Shown here piece after piece: positions 36,801 to 51,800 of a stretch of DNA of 64,000 bases. Origin of the DNA: Lama guanicoe (lineage: Eukaryota); the NCBI GenBank assembly GCA_013239625.1, contig MU054220.1:1417509-1481508 (forward strand). The letters are read 5' to 3'. Position 1 is the stretch's first letter, and the number at the start of each line of letters is the position of its first letter. The notes under the pieces were generated by a model. The model was not told the DNA's origin, ran no database searches, and saw only the letters and a program-made list of their open reading frames with translations. The position numbers and the translations under genes were made by a program.

Positions 36801-39800
36801 AACTGACTATACTTCAATAAAAATATATTTTAAAAAATAGGTAAAAAAAATAAGATTGGCATTTGACAAGCTGTGTTTTCTAGTGGAACCCACTGAGGTG
36901 CTCCGTGAAGAACACAGCATTTTCAGGAGAGTACATCTAGTTGAGTTGAAAACACTCGCAATCTTCACTTTCAGCATGAAAACATCCCTGCTCTGTTACC
37001 TGTTACTGCTCAAATGCAGAAAGACAAAATCTCCACGTTCATATGATAGAAATGCAAACTTTGAATTCTTCCTTCAAATTTTTCCAGTTTTTATCTTTTT
37101 TAGAATAGTATTAATTCTTCTTTTAATGTTCTAACAGGAGATGTACTTGCACAGTCTTTTTACACCTGGACGATTCATAAATGCAGCTTTATGTAAAGCT
37201 TTACAGGTCAGTGAGAAAATATTTAGTATTTATTTAAGACTATCTCTTACTTTTTTACTATTACTATATAATTAATGATTACATTTAATTTTTATTGTTT
37301 TGCATATACTAAACACCGAACATATTTCTGCAGTTGTACGTACATGTGTTTTTAAATATGACTGTAATTTTTTAAAATGTTCTTTCCATTAAAATGGCAA
37401 GACTCCCAGGAGGGAGGTAGGATTAGGGGCACTTTCTGAATGACTAGTGAAGCATACCAGTAGTAAAAAGGGAAACTTATGCCTACACTATTGTAAAAAG
37501 ATACTGTGCTACACTGCATATAACCTCTATACTTGAAAGAAATTTTAGATGTCGTCTTGGGTAGTTTTGATGGTACTCTGTTTTGACCCTTTTGTTAGTA
37601 CAGTGAAGGTCTGGCTTGGTTCAGGTTCAAGAAAACTCTAAAAAAATATAAGCTTCAAGGTCACTTAGGCTTCCTAAAATTGCCACTTAGCTTCATGAAT
37701 TTAAATAGAATAATCAGTCATAGAATTGAAAGGTTCCTTGGACTCTCCTGATCTGAACTCCCACACAAAGCAGAAATACCTTCTGAGGCTTCTCTGACAG
37801 GCAGCTGTTCAGCTTCTAGTTGTCTCTGCCTCCGGTGACGAGTTTCTCTCCGGCTCTTGTGTGACTTATTGTTCCATTTAAGAGTTCTTCCCAATATTGG
37901 ATCAAACTTAACCCCCATCCTTTAGGTGACATCTTTGTTTTGGAATTCCATAGACCACATCTGTCTTCTGTAAAGCAGCCCTTAGAATCTTTTAAGAATC
38001 CTACATGTTCTCTTGCTCCAGGCTAAACACACCCAGTTCCTTAACTTTCCCTCAGTGCTATAGTTTCCAGACCCTTGGCTTTTCTAGGTCCATTCTCGAA
38101 TATCTGGCTGTTCCATGTTTTCTCTTTTCTCTCTAATAAAACTCCAGGGTGACATGGGTCACTTTCTTCTAGGGTGTATTTCTTTCATCTCATCAGCACT
38201 TCTTACTAACAATAATCAGATGTATAATTTCTCATGATACCTCTTGCACACAGAGAGACTGAATAACCAGTCAGGCATTTATCAGATGCTTTCCTTTAGA
38301 ATCATTGCCAGTAGTGACACTCCCCATCCCCACCCCTCCATTCTAGCTTACCTTTGTGCCAGACTCAGGATGTGTGTTTGACATCATCTCATATCTCCCT
38401 TCCAGCAGAGCAGTAGCTGTTATGTTTCCTTTTGCTTTTTGTAATGAGCTAGTTGTACCCTTTTATAATTCTTTTAGACTCATGGATTTCTATGGTTTAT
38501 TCTGATCTATAGAAACTACTTCAAACTTGCTATGATTGCACATCAGAAATTATTGGCACAGTGTTATGGGTAAATGTGTATTTCAGGCATGTCCAATCTC
38601 TATTGTATAGTGTTTTCTGAACTGGAGTGTTTTTCATTCAGTTTTTGGTATTATGTGATACTCTGAAGTGTCTTTGTTATTTTTAGATTTTCTGTCGAGG
38701 AACTGAGAGGAATTTAGATCTTTCGTGGAGTGAACTGAAGAAAGAAATTACTTTAGCTGTTGAAAGTGAGGTGAGGTTTGGGTAAAGACCAAATGGTAAT
38801 TTCTTCCATCTCAATAATTTCTTCCATCTCTATAGATTGGCACTGAGAAATGGTTCAAATTGTTAGTAAGAAGTATAAATGCTTAAACCTTTTAATTAAA
38901 GAATTACATATATATTTATACAGTCTAGGGCATGTAATGCATAAAGAATATTCATTTGCCTATAGCTTAGTAAAATGATACTAAACAATTATGCTTGGGG
39001 TGGGGATCCCAAATGTTATCAAGAGGTTTTTTTCCTCATCTTTTTTTCCTTTGCCAGCTCCAAGGAAGTGTAACAGAGTATGAATTTTCCCAGGAAGAGT
39101 TTCGAAATTTGCAGCAGGAATTCTGGTGCAAGTTCTATGCCTGTTGTCTTCAGTATCAAGAAGCCCTTTCTCATCCTCTTGCCCTGCATTTGAATCCTCA
39201 CACAAACATGGTGTGCCTGCTGAAAAAAGTAAGGGAGCTGAAGCGCGCAGAACTCCTTTAAACGGCTCAGTGGGCCTTTCAGAACGTAGTGTCTATTGCA
39301 TGTTGTAGTCAGCTTTTAGGACTTCAGTGGGGCTTTTGTGGGGGGAAGGTGACAGGTTTCCTAAAACTATAGTTCATTTGTATTTAAGCAGTCTTATGCA
39401 TTATTTATAATTTTTGCATCTTGTTTACCTTTTATATTGAAGTGATTTCAAATTTGAGTTACAAGACTAAAGAACTTCTGTATATCTTTCACCCAGATTC
39501 ACGTTTGTTAACTTCCATTTGCTTTCCTTCTCTCTATAGGTATGTTTTTGTCTTCCTGAGCCACTTGAGAGTTAGTTGTCTACATCATTCCCCCTTTCCT
39601 TACATTTTAGTATATATCTAAGCACAAGATTATTCAAGAACAAGATTACCTAAGCCAGGGTATTCTTATGTAACCACAGCACAACTTAAAGATCAGGCAA
39701 TTTGCTGTTGATATAATACTGTACGGTTTATGTTCAGATTTTACCAAATGTGCTTATAATTTTCTTCTTGATCTAGGATCCAATCCAAGATCTTGCATAT

Positions 39801-42800
39801 ATTTAGTTGTCAAGTTTCTTCAGCTTAATCACCAAGTATTGTCAGCCTTTCTTTGTCTTTCATGACATTGACATGTCCTTCAGTTTGGATTTGTCTGGGG
39901 TTACCTCATTATAAGATTCAGGTCTCAGCTATTTTATACCTTTAAACATTCACTGGAAGATTTGTATTTCCAGGGGTACCTGTCTTTCCTTGTGCCTTCC
40001 TCCTTAGTGGATCATTTATATCTCCTACCTGATGAGAACCTTTTGACAGAGGATGAGACAACCATATCTGATGGTAATAGTAATTGTTATTTCCCTATTC
40101 AAGCCTCTTTCTACATGAACCCTATGCTTTCTTTTGAATGGATGCAAAAACCACTGATTGCCACTGTGACCTTTCCTGGTCAGTTTACCACATTATAGCT
40201 CTTTTAAGGAAAACTAGAGAGGCCTAAGGATCTTCAAGGCCTCAGATAGATACCTGGAATTTAATTAGTATATTTTATTTTAATATAATACTAATCAGTA
40301 GCTCTTCATTGGCTTGAGACATGAATGTTAACTTTCTCTTACTCACAGATGCAGATGTTGCTCGGGATGTCATATGTCTTATAAAATGCCTTCGGCTGAT
40401 TGGAGAGTCAGTAAATATGGATATGTCAGTAATGATGGAAATGAGTTGTTACAACCTACAGTCTCCAGAAAAGGCTGCAGAACAGATTCTGGAAGATTTG
40501 ATCACTATTGATGTGTAAGGAGAATTTAGGGTAAAGTCCATTTCCTAATGGAAATTTAGCAATTTTTAATGCCAAAATCATGTTTTTAATGTACATTCAG
40601 TTATGTACAAAGTAGTGGCTTAAAGTCAAAGTGCTCTGAGTCTGAGTAGGTGTTTCAGCTTTTAGACAGAAAATCTAATACCTGATTTCAGGTCTGGAAA
40701 CAGGCTCATAAATTATGGTCCAGTATTAGCTATTAACTGAGCTATACATTTTAAAATGTAAACGTATTTTTCTCATGTTTTATCTGTCATTTCTGAAAAG
40801 GTGAGGGAAAATTTGTTACGTGGAGTAAGAGAATTTTGTATGCCTAAGTGATTATCTCCACCCCTTTATTATATGGCTGGTTTTCCTGTTTCATAGAGCA
40901 TTTAGCTTACAGGACATGCAGAGTCTGTCTTACGTATTCTCAGTAGTAATAGGAGCTTTCTAATTTCTTATAGAGACAATGTAATGGAGGATATTTGTAG
41001 TAAACTACAAGAGATTAGGAACCCAATCCATGCCATTGGACTTCTTATACGGGAAATGGATTATGAAACAGAGGTGGAAATGGAAAAGGGATTTAATCCA
41101 GGTAAATGGCAAAACAATAAGTGCTCCTATTTGATTTAGAGAAAACAATGACACATTTAACATTTTTTTTGCTTTTTTAATTACAGCTCAGCCATTGAAT
41201 ATTCGAATGAATCTTTCCCAGCTCTATGGTAGCACCACAGCAGGGTATATTGTGTGCAGAAGTGTGTGTAAAATTGCCAGTACTCGCTTCCTCATTTGCC
41301 GAGATCTTTTGATCTTGCAGCAGTTACTAATGAGGCTGGGAGATGCAGTAAGTACTACTTGGGGGAAAGCTGGTAAAGTCTGAAACCTCATCTCAACCTT
41401 AGCTCATAGCAGAACGTCAGCTCTACAAGCGCAGATACCTCTGTCCTTGTTCACTGCTCTGTCCCCGTGCTTGGCCCTTAGTAGCTACTCTATAAATACA
41501 TGTTGAATTAAGACTGTGTAAGCATGATAACCTAGAATTACAGATTAGGAACATGTATGAAGCAGGTTGTTTCACTCTTAACTTTTGTATGTATAATGGT
41601 GGGGAAATTTCCCAGGTTGGCTCTCCCAAAGTTTAGTATCATTAGTACGACTTTGGATGTGATAGCAGGGTACTACTGAGCATGGAGGAGAGGAAGAAGA
41701 AGAAAAAGAACTTCTCTATTTCTACAGTACAGGATTTACCCTAAGCAGTTCTGAGATCGCAGAGTTTGTGTGGGGGTAAGAGGTCCTCCCAACTCCATTC
41801 AGTCCTTCCTTTTCCATCCTATTCCTCTTAGGCCACTAGACTCTTGTTGCCTTCTTACTGTCCTTGTCTCCCACTGTACTGAATGTTTTACGTTCAAAAA
41901 TTACCTTTCTGCCCACCATCAAAAGTCCCATTGGTCTCTCACTCAGTTATTCTCACTCGAGCCTGACAAGGAAGCAGTCTGATTAATAAGCTAATTCATG
42001 TTAATGTGTAAATAACTGACAGGCCTTTGGAGCTCCCACAGGTATTTATACGTTTTAAACTAGAATTTATTAACTCAGATATATTGCAAATGTCAGGCTT
42101 TCAGGTAAAAATAAGGAAAAAACATTTAGGGAGAGGATTTGTTTAGGACCACCAAGAGGAAACAAACCTTTGCTGAGAGTCCATCACTTAGGGCAGCCCT
42201 TACTAAGTTCTTGTCAGTTTTTGTAGATTCTTCCATTTCTTCAGGGTTTGTTGGGTTTGTTTGTTTGTTTTTTTTTTAATTACAACCTTGGTCAGTTTTT
42301 TCTAAACACAGAATAGATGTTCATTGTAGAGTCTTGACATGTAAACAAAAAGAAAATAAAAATTCATCTAAAGTCTTATACCCAGTGATACCCACTATTT
42401 ACATTTTGGTATACACCTTTTTTTTTCTCTACAAATAGTTTGTAAATTTTAATTATACAATTAGGCTATGCTATGTAAGTATTTTTTTTGCAATCTGCTT
42501 GTTTTTATTTTTCCACTTCACAAATCTCACCAGCATGTTCACGTGTTACTAAGTATGCTTTGACATTTTTAAGTTTTAATAGTACAGTATTTTTAATAGT
42601 ATAATATTAATTTATTCAACCAATCCTGTGGCTATCCAGGTTGATGCCAGTTTTCCCCTTATGGAGAGAACTTTCTGTACTCCTTTGATTATATCTCCAG
42701 GATAAATTGTAAGAGCTAGAGAACTCGTCACAAGTTATGCACATTTTTAAGGCTTTTGGTAGTCTTATCAGATTTTCCTCTAAAGGTCATACCTATTTTT

Positions 42801-45800
42801 ACCCAAGACCAGAGCTTAAGAAAGGCCTTAGCTTCATTCCTCTTCTTGAGTTCTGAACCTACAGATTTATGGAAGTTAAGCTTTCTGTTGTTTTCTTTTT
42901 CACCAGTCGCTCCCACAACTTGGTGAGCTGGTTTTGATTACTCCATACTGTTAAATGGGTAGATATTTTTGCCACCTGCTACCCCAAAATGTAATACATG
43001 TGTTGCGTTTATGTATGCCCTCTGTATTGTCTTACCTCCACCGGAACCTAAGCATTATCATTACTAATTGCCATTTCTGTCTCACCCACCACCTGTCATG
43101 TATAGGTGATTCTGGGAGCTGGTCAGCTCTTCCAGGCTCAGCAAGACCTGCTACATCGAACGGCTCCCCTCCTATTGTCTTATTCCCTCATCAAGTGGGG
43201 AAGTCAGTGCTTGGCAACTGATGTTCCAGTTGACACACTGTGAGTTTCATCGTTCTATTTTTTTCCTCATTTTTTAATTTGTTTTTTTATTTGGGGAGGG
43301 GCTGTAATTAGGTTTATTTATTTTTAATGGCGGTACTGGCAATTGAACCCAGGACCTCATGCATGCTAAACTACCACTGAGCTATACCTTCCCCCCTGTT
43401 CTAATTATTTTAAAAATAAATTATGAGCTTAATTATTTTTTCCTTCGTCTTGAAGAAAAAATGTAAATATTATGCTATGGCATGATTTGCCTTTAAAATT
43501 CAGAGCTTTTAGGTACTCCATTTTCTGAACGTTAAAGGCATCCTATAAGAATGAAAATAATAAGTGTATGTTTATTATTATATATGTGTTTTGTATACTG
43601 TATAGACAAAGCCTGTTGAAGGCAAAATAAGATGAGGTCACAGCGTAAGTTAGACCACATACAAAAATGTGATCGTTATTAAAGGTAAGCTGAGATTCTT
43701 CATAATCCAAAGAAGAAAGAAAACTCAATACGTACCTATAAGGTTGACATTTCATTTCAGTTAAATAAGCCATTTTGGTTTTTTCTGACAAGGGAAGGCT
43801 TTTCATTGCTTGGAGGTCTACAAAATTTCTGCTCTGGCTTCTCATTGAAGGATCACTGAGTGATATGATGGGCAACAATCTAACCCATGGCTTATTTTCT
43901 GGATTTTTTTTGTGTGTGCTTTCAATGGAACTTTCATGTGTAATTTATTAATAGAAGGGACAGTGTTCTTGATAGGATACTTGTTGAAGTAATGTTTAGC
44001 ATAGGAAAATTTACTGAGCTCTTTTTTTTCCCCCTTTCCTTACAGGGAGTCTAATCTTCAACATTTATCAGTTCTGGAACTAAGTGACTCTGGTGCTTTA
44101 ATGGCAAATAAGTTCGGTAAGGACTGGACTCTATGTGCATTTGATTTTGTTTGGCATTTATTGCATACTCATTAAAGTGGTCCTTTGCTACCTTTGCTTT
44201 GGAAAGGTTGGCTAGACTGTTTTCACTTTAAGAGAGTATAAACAAGCTGTGTCCTCAGACCCCTAGTTGTGCCAAGGGGCCTGTGAAACTGCAGTCCCAG
44301 ATCAGGCATAAATGAAGGGTTTGCATATGTATATATACACCACTGCTTTTCCATTGTATATTGATATTCCAGTGATTAATTCAACAAAATCATTTTTCAA
44401 ATGTACCAAGTTCATACAGCTTTTGTAATCTTGTCTTAATCAACAGATATTCAAAAGGAGCCCTCTCTTACGCTTGAAAACCATTCTGGAGAATTTATTT
44501 TGTATTGTTTTGGTATAAAACTTGGAATCTTGGGGCTGTATTTATTGTAAACACTTTCTAGAGAAAAGAAATGACTACAGTGTTGATTTAAGTGGCTTTT
44601 TTATTGTCTTCATATAGTACTTCACAGTTTATAGATTGCTTTTATTTATATTGCCATTGATTACACCAATGATGCATTTTATATTTTAGAATAATAAATG
44701 TTTGTTACAGGCATAAAATGAATTGGTAGACTGTCTTAATTGAACATTGATGTTACTCTTACAAGTTAGTGATTGTCATAACTTTTTATTTTTAAGTATC
44801 TAGCCCTCAGACAATTGTGGAATTATTCTTCCAAGAAGTTGCAAGAAAACACATTATATCTCATCTGTTCTCTCAACCAAAGGCACCTCTAAGCCAAACT
44901 GGGTTGAATTGGCCTGAGATGATTACTGCAATTACCAGTTATTTATTGCAGCTTTTGTATCCTTTTATTTAAAAGCCAGTGGAAAAGTTTCTTCTGTCCA
45001 AATAATCTAAGGCTCTTACTCTGCCTGTGTAATGAAGATTTTTAACGAGGTTGGGTGTTCATCCCCCCAAAAAGAAATGATAATACTTATTTTCAGATAC
45101 CCCAATTTTTATTTTAATTTTATGTTTTTTGTTTTTCTGCTCGGGAGTTGAGCCAGATTTTGTTGGTACACACACATTTAATACCTAGATCTCTTTTAAA
45201 ATATACATTCACCAAATTTATTTACTGAATGTCTTTATATGCCAAGCACTATGTTAGGTGCTGGGTATCCATCCCCTGGCACAGTATGCTTGTGCAGTAT
45301 ACTGGCTATAATTAAAAATGAGCAATCAGGGATGAAATACATGCTTTAGCCCTCTGGTAATTGAGTTCTAATCTATGTGGCTAGGCTCCTAATATATAAC
45401 CTTTCCACTGTTTGTCTCATATCAAAATTACATAGTTACACAGAAGGAACATGTGCCCTGCCACCTTCTCTTTACCTTCTTTTTAAAAATTAAGCCATTT
45501 CATAGAGTTTCATGCCCAATGTGTATATTTTAAGTTTTGCCAAGTCTAAATAATTTCCTTAATCAGTGACTAGATGGCCCAGCAATCCTGGTTGTCTCTT
45601 TCTGGAATGTTTGATGGGAAATTGTCAGTATGTACAATTGCAGGTAAGTACTGTTGAAGATGTCAGGATAATAATTCTTGTAAAGAATGGGATTGCTGGA
45701 ACTTTTTTGTTTGTAAATGTTTCCTGCATCTTAACTGGGCCAATAATAAGAACCATAATGATTTACACGCTGTTACTCTGAAACATACCCTAGAGAGATT

Positions 45801-48800
45801 TTCTTTACTTCCCTCTTGACAGTATCATTCCTAACACAATTTTTTTATAGAGAACTTTTTGTTAATTCTATTAGGTTCTCTTCATAGTAAGACAGGTTCT
45901 CTTTATAGTAAGAGAAACATACCATTGTCTTTATATAAATCTTTACTGGAATCTAGTCAGTTAAACCAGTAAATACTAAAAGTTGGGAGATTGCTAAAAT
46001 GGAAAGTGTATGTTTACATGTGTTAGTGTTATTAGAGTCTTGTTTGTTTTCTTTAAGTGTCCAGTAACCTAATATAAGAATAGATTAACAGGATTAGGTT
46101 TTAATCTCCAGATGATTTCTGGAAATGAAACTTTTGTGTTGATTGACCACTATCTTCATCTGTGAAGAACTTGAAAATGAGTATCTCTTTAAGTAATATT
46201 TATTCTCTAATCAGAAAGCACCTTTTATGCCTTTAAGGATTATATTCAACTGCTACATCCCTGGTGTCAAGTCAATGTTGGTTCCTGTCGATTTATGCTG
46301 GGACGGTGTTACCTGGTGACAGGAGAAGGACAGAAGGTAACCTCTGTTTGACAGATGAGCAACCTTTAGTGTAAGGAGGGCACTAAGGGAGGGGATGGGA
46401 GGCATAGAATCCTCCACATAAGAATAAAGAAGACTGACAGTGCCAACACAGGGCATGGTGTGTCTGTGGGGACTATTTAGCTTCATGTAATTTGCAGATG
46501 ACTTAGGATGAAGATGAAAACTTTAAAATCCTGCTGCCCCTGTTTCTAGGGATCGATTTTTATAAATAAAACTTATTTCTCAGTTACATTATTTTTTATT
46601 ATATCTTTTTTTAATGTTGTTTTTTTCCCGTTACGGTGGTTTACATTTCTCATTTTTTCCTGACATCCTCTTATGTAAATTTTCAAACATATAGAAAAGT
46701 TTAAAGATTTTTATGCTAAACAATCATGTACCCCCCCAACTCAAATTCTACAAATGTTAACATGGTGCTATATTTACTGTATCACATATTTACTATCAAT
46801 TATCTTATTTTAAAGTTTACTTTTTAATTAACAGTATTTAAGCTAAAAATATAGATAAATTAAAGAGAAATATTTAATGATGCTTCAGAAAGAATTGAGA
46901 TATGACAGAAACTGAGAATATAAATATGGCAGAAACTGTAAATGCAGTCAACGGTCTAAAATAATTTTGTTTCTTTTTGGCTTTCCTCAGTACAGGAACG
47001 CTTGACTGAACAGCACCTAGAGGCGGAACAGTCTGTCATAAGTCACTTTGTACTTTCCCCTCTCTCCAGGCTCTGGAATGTTTCTGCCAGGCAGCATCTG
47101 AAGTGGGCAAAGAGGAATTCTTAGATCGCTTGGTCCGTTCTGAGGATGGGGAGATCGTGTCCACCCCCAGGCTGCAATACTATGATAAGGTGAACTGTGT
47201 CCTGGTTTGGTCCCCCTTATACCTCCCTGTGCAAAAATATATCTGAAATACATTGCTTTGGTGTTTGGGGAGAAAAATAACATAAAAATTTAATTATGCC
47301 CTCAACTTACAAGTGAAAAGAAAAATGAATTTGCCTAGAGATATTGAAGAAACATATTTTTAGTCAAGTTTGATAAATGTTTTTAACATAAATGAAATTC
47401 CCATAAATTCATTTTATTAGCCCCATCATCATTAGAATTTTATTACTTCATATTAGTCTTGCCGACATCTCAAAGAATTAACTTGTAATGCCATATTTAG
47501 CCTTAGTTTTTGATTTAGCCCTGGGTCCACCCTCGTGACCGTTTTTTCCTTCTACCTTGGTCACTCAGTTGTAACGCTAGTGGCCTTCTTACTGCCTCAT
47601 ACGAGCCAAGCACGCACTCTGTTCTCTTCAGGACCTTTCTACCTGCTGTTCCCTCAGCCTGGAATGCCTTTCCTCCAGGTTGTCAAGGTTCTGAAGCCCT
47701 CATTTCTTTCCCGCCTCTGCTCCTGCCTCTGCTCCTGTGTCGCCTTGGAGAGCTCCTCCCTGCCTCACCTGTGCAGAACAGCTGCTGTGCGCATGCTCTC
47801 CTGCACCCCTGCTCCCTGCCTCCCTTACGTTTGGAGTGAGGCGCTGTGGCCAGTCTCCCTCCTTGCCCTGCTTTATTTTCCTTTATGACATTTAACAAGC
47901 TTGATGTTATCTTTTAGATTTGCTGTCTGGATTTCCTACCAAAAAGTAAATGCAACAGAGGCAGGCGTCACTGTTTTTGTGCATTGCTTGTTAAAGAGAT
48001 AAATGAATTTATACTAAGATATATGTGTAGCTTTTAACAATCCTCTACCACCCTACTAATAAGAAAAGTATTTTGAATCCTAAGTATTAATTTTTAATCT
48101 GAGGCAAGATAGGTTTGAGGTATTGATAAATCCCCTGAAAATGTGTGCAAAATGTTTTGTATCTTTTTCTGTGGAGATGTTCTGCAGCTTTCATCAGAAG
48201 ATACATGTTGATTCGAGAAAAACGTTAAAAATCACTGCTCTAGTGAACCCCAATGTGGGGGACTTGGGAAGAAAACACTAGAACTCTCACTCACAGAAGA
48301 AATAAATTAAGATATGCTAATGTTTAATATGATTGACTCTGGTCCCCTTATTTGGTCCTTTTCCAAGTGGTCATTTGTCACTCAGTCTCAAGGTAGGCGT
48401 GTGAGGGAAGAGAGTCCCAGCGAGGGGTGGGGGTATAGGGCGACATCCTCACTCATCCATTTGCTTTCAGTAGGTTCTGTTTGCCTGGTTAGGCTGATTG
48501 ACACATTATATTGCTTAATTTTAATGAACATCACTTTCACAATATGGACTCGGCTTTTAAAAATTACTGCGAAGAAGCCAGATTGAAGATAATACTGACC
48601 AAGTACATGCAGGCAAATGAGGAAAAAGAGCTGGCGCTTGTACCTTTGATTAACAGAATGGATCAATGAATTATGGTACATTCTTTCAATGGGATATAAC
48701 ACAGCAATGAAATGAACTGTTGGATGAAATAACATAGATCAGTCTTACAAACATGTTAAGCAAAAGAAGGTAGACACACACAGAAATACCATAGATTCTG

Positions 48801-51800
48801 TTTTCATGAAATTAAAAGAAGAAACTATTAGAAGTCAGTAGTGGCTGACAGGAGTCACATGGGGGCTTTGGAGTATTGATAGAATTCTTAATTTGGCTGC
48901 TGGGAACATGGATATGTTTACTTGGTGGACATTCAGTCAGCTATGTGCTTAGGACTTGTGTACATTTCTAAATATGTGTTATACTTCATTAAAAAGCATA
49001 ACCTTAAAAAAAAGCTAAGCATCCAGAACAAAAAGATGTTTTTATACTGTTAATAAAGGGGAAAGGTAATAAGTACTAATAAATAAAAATGATTTTTAAA
49101 CTACTTCTATCTTATTTTCATCCTTTAGAAATTTATATTTTGAGTGTGTTATACATATTTACTAGAGAAATGTGTGTATCTAAGTAAATACACATGCACA
49201 TGTCTGGGGGAGTATATGCAGACATTCTTAATGGAGTAGACAAAAAAGTTTGAAGAGCACTGTTTTATGTTGTATTAGAAATGGTTTATGTCAAACAGTA
49301 ACGTATTCTCTTTAGGGTTTTTATAAGGCTATGGTGCTCATTTACTAGGCTTTAAATTCACCTGTAACCTATATAGTTAGTAGGAAAAGTTAGTAGTGAA
49401 ATTGTATTTGTTTCTTTATTCAACAAAGATTTACTGAGAGCCTATTATGTACTAAAGAGCCTATTATGTACTAAACACTGAGGATGGAGCTGTGAACAAA
49501 AGAAAACCAATAGAGAGTTTTATGACAAGCCTCTTATTTAACAGTAGAATCTAAAGGAAAATCTTAAAATATTAACCAAGTAATCTTGTCCATCTTGTCA
49601 GCACCTTTAATTTAATCTTTATCTTACCTAGTTACTTAATTGATTTTAAATCATATCTCATTTTGAAGTGCACTTCACCATGTTAATTTTAATTTCTTCT
49701 ACTTTCCCTTAGGTTTTGCGTCTGCTAGACGTTGTTGGTTTGCCTGAACTGGTCATTCAGTTGGCCACATCAGCAATAACTGAAGCAGGTGATGACTGGA
49801 AAAGTCAGGTAAGAACCGACTCTACTCCAGTTATTGCTCTTGAGTTTTGTCATGAATGTGGTGTTTTAATTTCTATTACTCTTTTTTTCCCCCTATTATT
49901 GATTTTTAGGCTACTTTAAGGACATGCATTTTCAAACATCATTTGGATTTAGGTCACAATAGCCAAGCATACGAAGCCTTAACCCAGATTCCTGATTCCA
50001 GCAGGTAGTCAACCTCACAGTCTTATTTAGAGAAGGCAGTTGACCAGCCCTGTGTAATCCCCTAAGACACTTTACCCTCATATCCCTTTCTTTCCTTCTA
50101 GGCAGTTAGATTGTTTACGGCAGCTGGTGGTCGTTCTTTGTGAACGGTCGCAGCTACAGGATCTTGTAGAGTTTCCCTATGTGAATCTGCACAATGAGGT
50201 AATTTTATTTATTCACGAATGATGAGACACAAAGTTGGTGGCTGTCACGATGGCTACTGACTTTGATATCTGATTGCTTTCCCTCTGTCAGGTTGTAGGA
50301 ATAATTGAATCCCGTGCGAGAGCTGTGGACCTTATGACTCACAATTACTATGAGCTTCTGTATGCCTTTCACATCTATCGCCACAATTACCGGAAGGGTG
50401 AGCAGTTGAAGCAGTCTTTCTTGGAGGCAATTTATCAGTTTTATCATGTTTCACAAAAATATTATGTGTTTGACTTAACGTGATTTTTACCTTATTTTTA
50501 CCATTGGGCAAGTATTCTCCACAAGCATTTGGGGAACTTATGTTTAAGGTTAAGATGAGCTTCACATTTTTGTAGATTACCTGTTAGCCTTAAAGACAAG
50601 CACTAACTCCCATCCTAAAACATTCTTGAGGCATTTCCAGTGAGATGGCATTCTATGTGTACCTTCCATCTGCTTTTAAAGGAAACTTTAACTTTTCCAC
50701 CAGAGGCACTTTGAATTCTTGAGGCTGGTTTTAAGTTCCCGTGCCATTTTGCCACTGGCCTTCTCTCTCTATCCTTACTGATTTTTGCTGTTTCTTTTTG
50801 AAAGTTGCAGACATCACGTCTCAATGCGTAAATACTTCAGGTGTATCTCAAGGACATTTCCTTATATAACCACAATACAATTATCAAATTAAGAAAATGT
50901 AACTAATTTTGTGAATTAAATGTAGATGTAGTGCTTTTATCTGATGTTTTATTTAGATTTAAATTTTGCCAATTGTCATAATGATTTCTTTTAATAGTAC
51001 ATTCCCCCTATATTGTCCTCACCCCCAACCTAGGATCACATCTTGCATTTAACTGTAGTTTCTCTTTAATCTTCTCTAATCTGGAGCATTCTTTCAGCCT
51101 TACTTTGCCTTTGATGACATTGTTATTTTTGAAGTGTACAGACCAGTCATTTTTGTAGAATGTTTCTTAATTTGGATTTGTGTGACTAATGAAGTCTTCA
51201 ATAGGTCAGCTTAAATGAAGGAATTACATGTCTGTTTTAAGATCATATTTTCCAAGATAACCATTGTGGTTCCCCTTTGGAACATCTGGCATTTTTATAC
51301 TGTTTTCACTCAGAAGTTTTCATTAGGTTTCTTGCTGATTGTCATTGGGAAGAGTGGATGGAAGTAAATTCATAGTCATGTTCTTAATATTCCTAATGGT
51401 GAAACATGTTTGCATAGTCCTTATTTTCTTGAATCATTCAGGAAGGGAAATAGAGATGATTCATGATCTCTCTCTGCTTCCACAATGACAACATCCATTT
51501 ACATCAACCTAAGACCAGTTTATCTGGATTAATGTTCAGGTCTTTCTGGAGCAAGGCCCTTTTTCTGAGAAAATGTGTTACATATTGCAGGCACTCAAAA
51601 ATATTTGTTGGGATGAAAAATAATTTGATTTGAAAACTGAAAGAAAAGTTTTAAATGCTAGTTTCTGGAGTCCTGTGCTGTCTCAGAACAATGTATTTTT
51701 CAGTATTCCATTCAACCTATGTAATAACTAAAGTATTATAAAAATAAAAGTCTGTGTTCCTGAACAGAGCACCCAGACATTTCTCCGTTTCAGAATCCTG

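Noticed and set aside
45266..45273. Second U12-like donor (GTATCCAT) inside the minor intron
   Set aside because: Imperfect match at the edge of an L2-like fragment; not the tandem arrangement of a USSE
49437..49474. 19-bp perfect tandem duplication (similar small ones at 1441-1476 and ~38797-38832)
   Set aside because: Ordinary slippage duplications in neutral or repeat sequence
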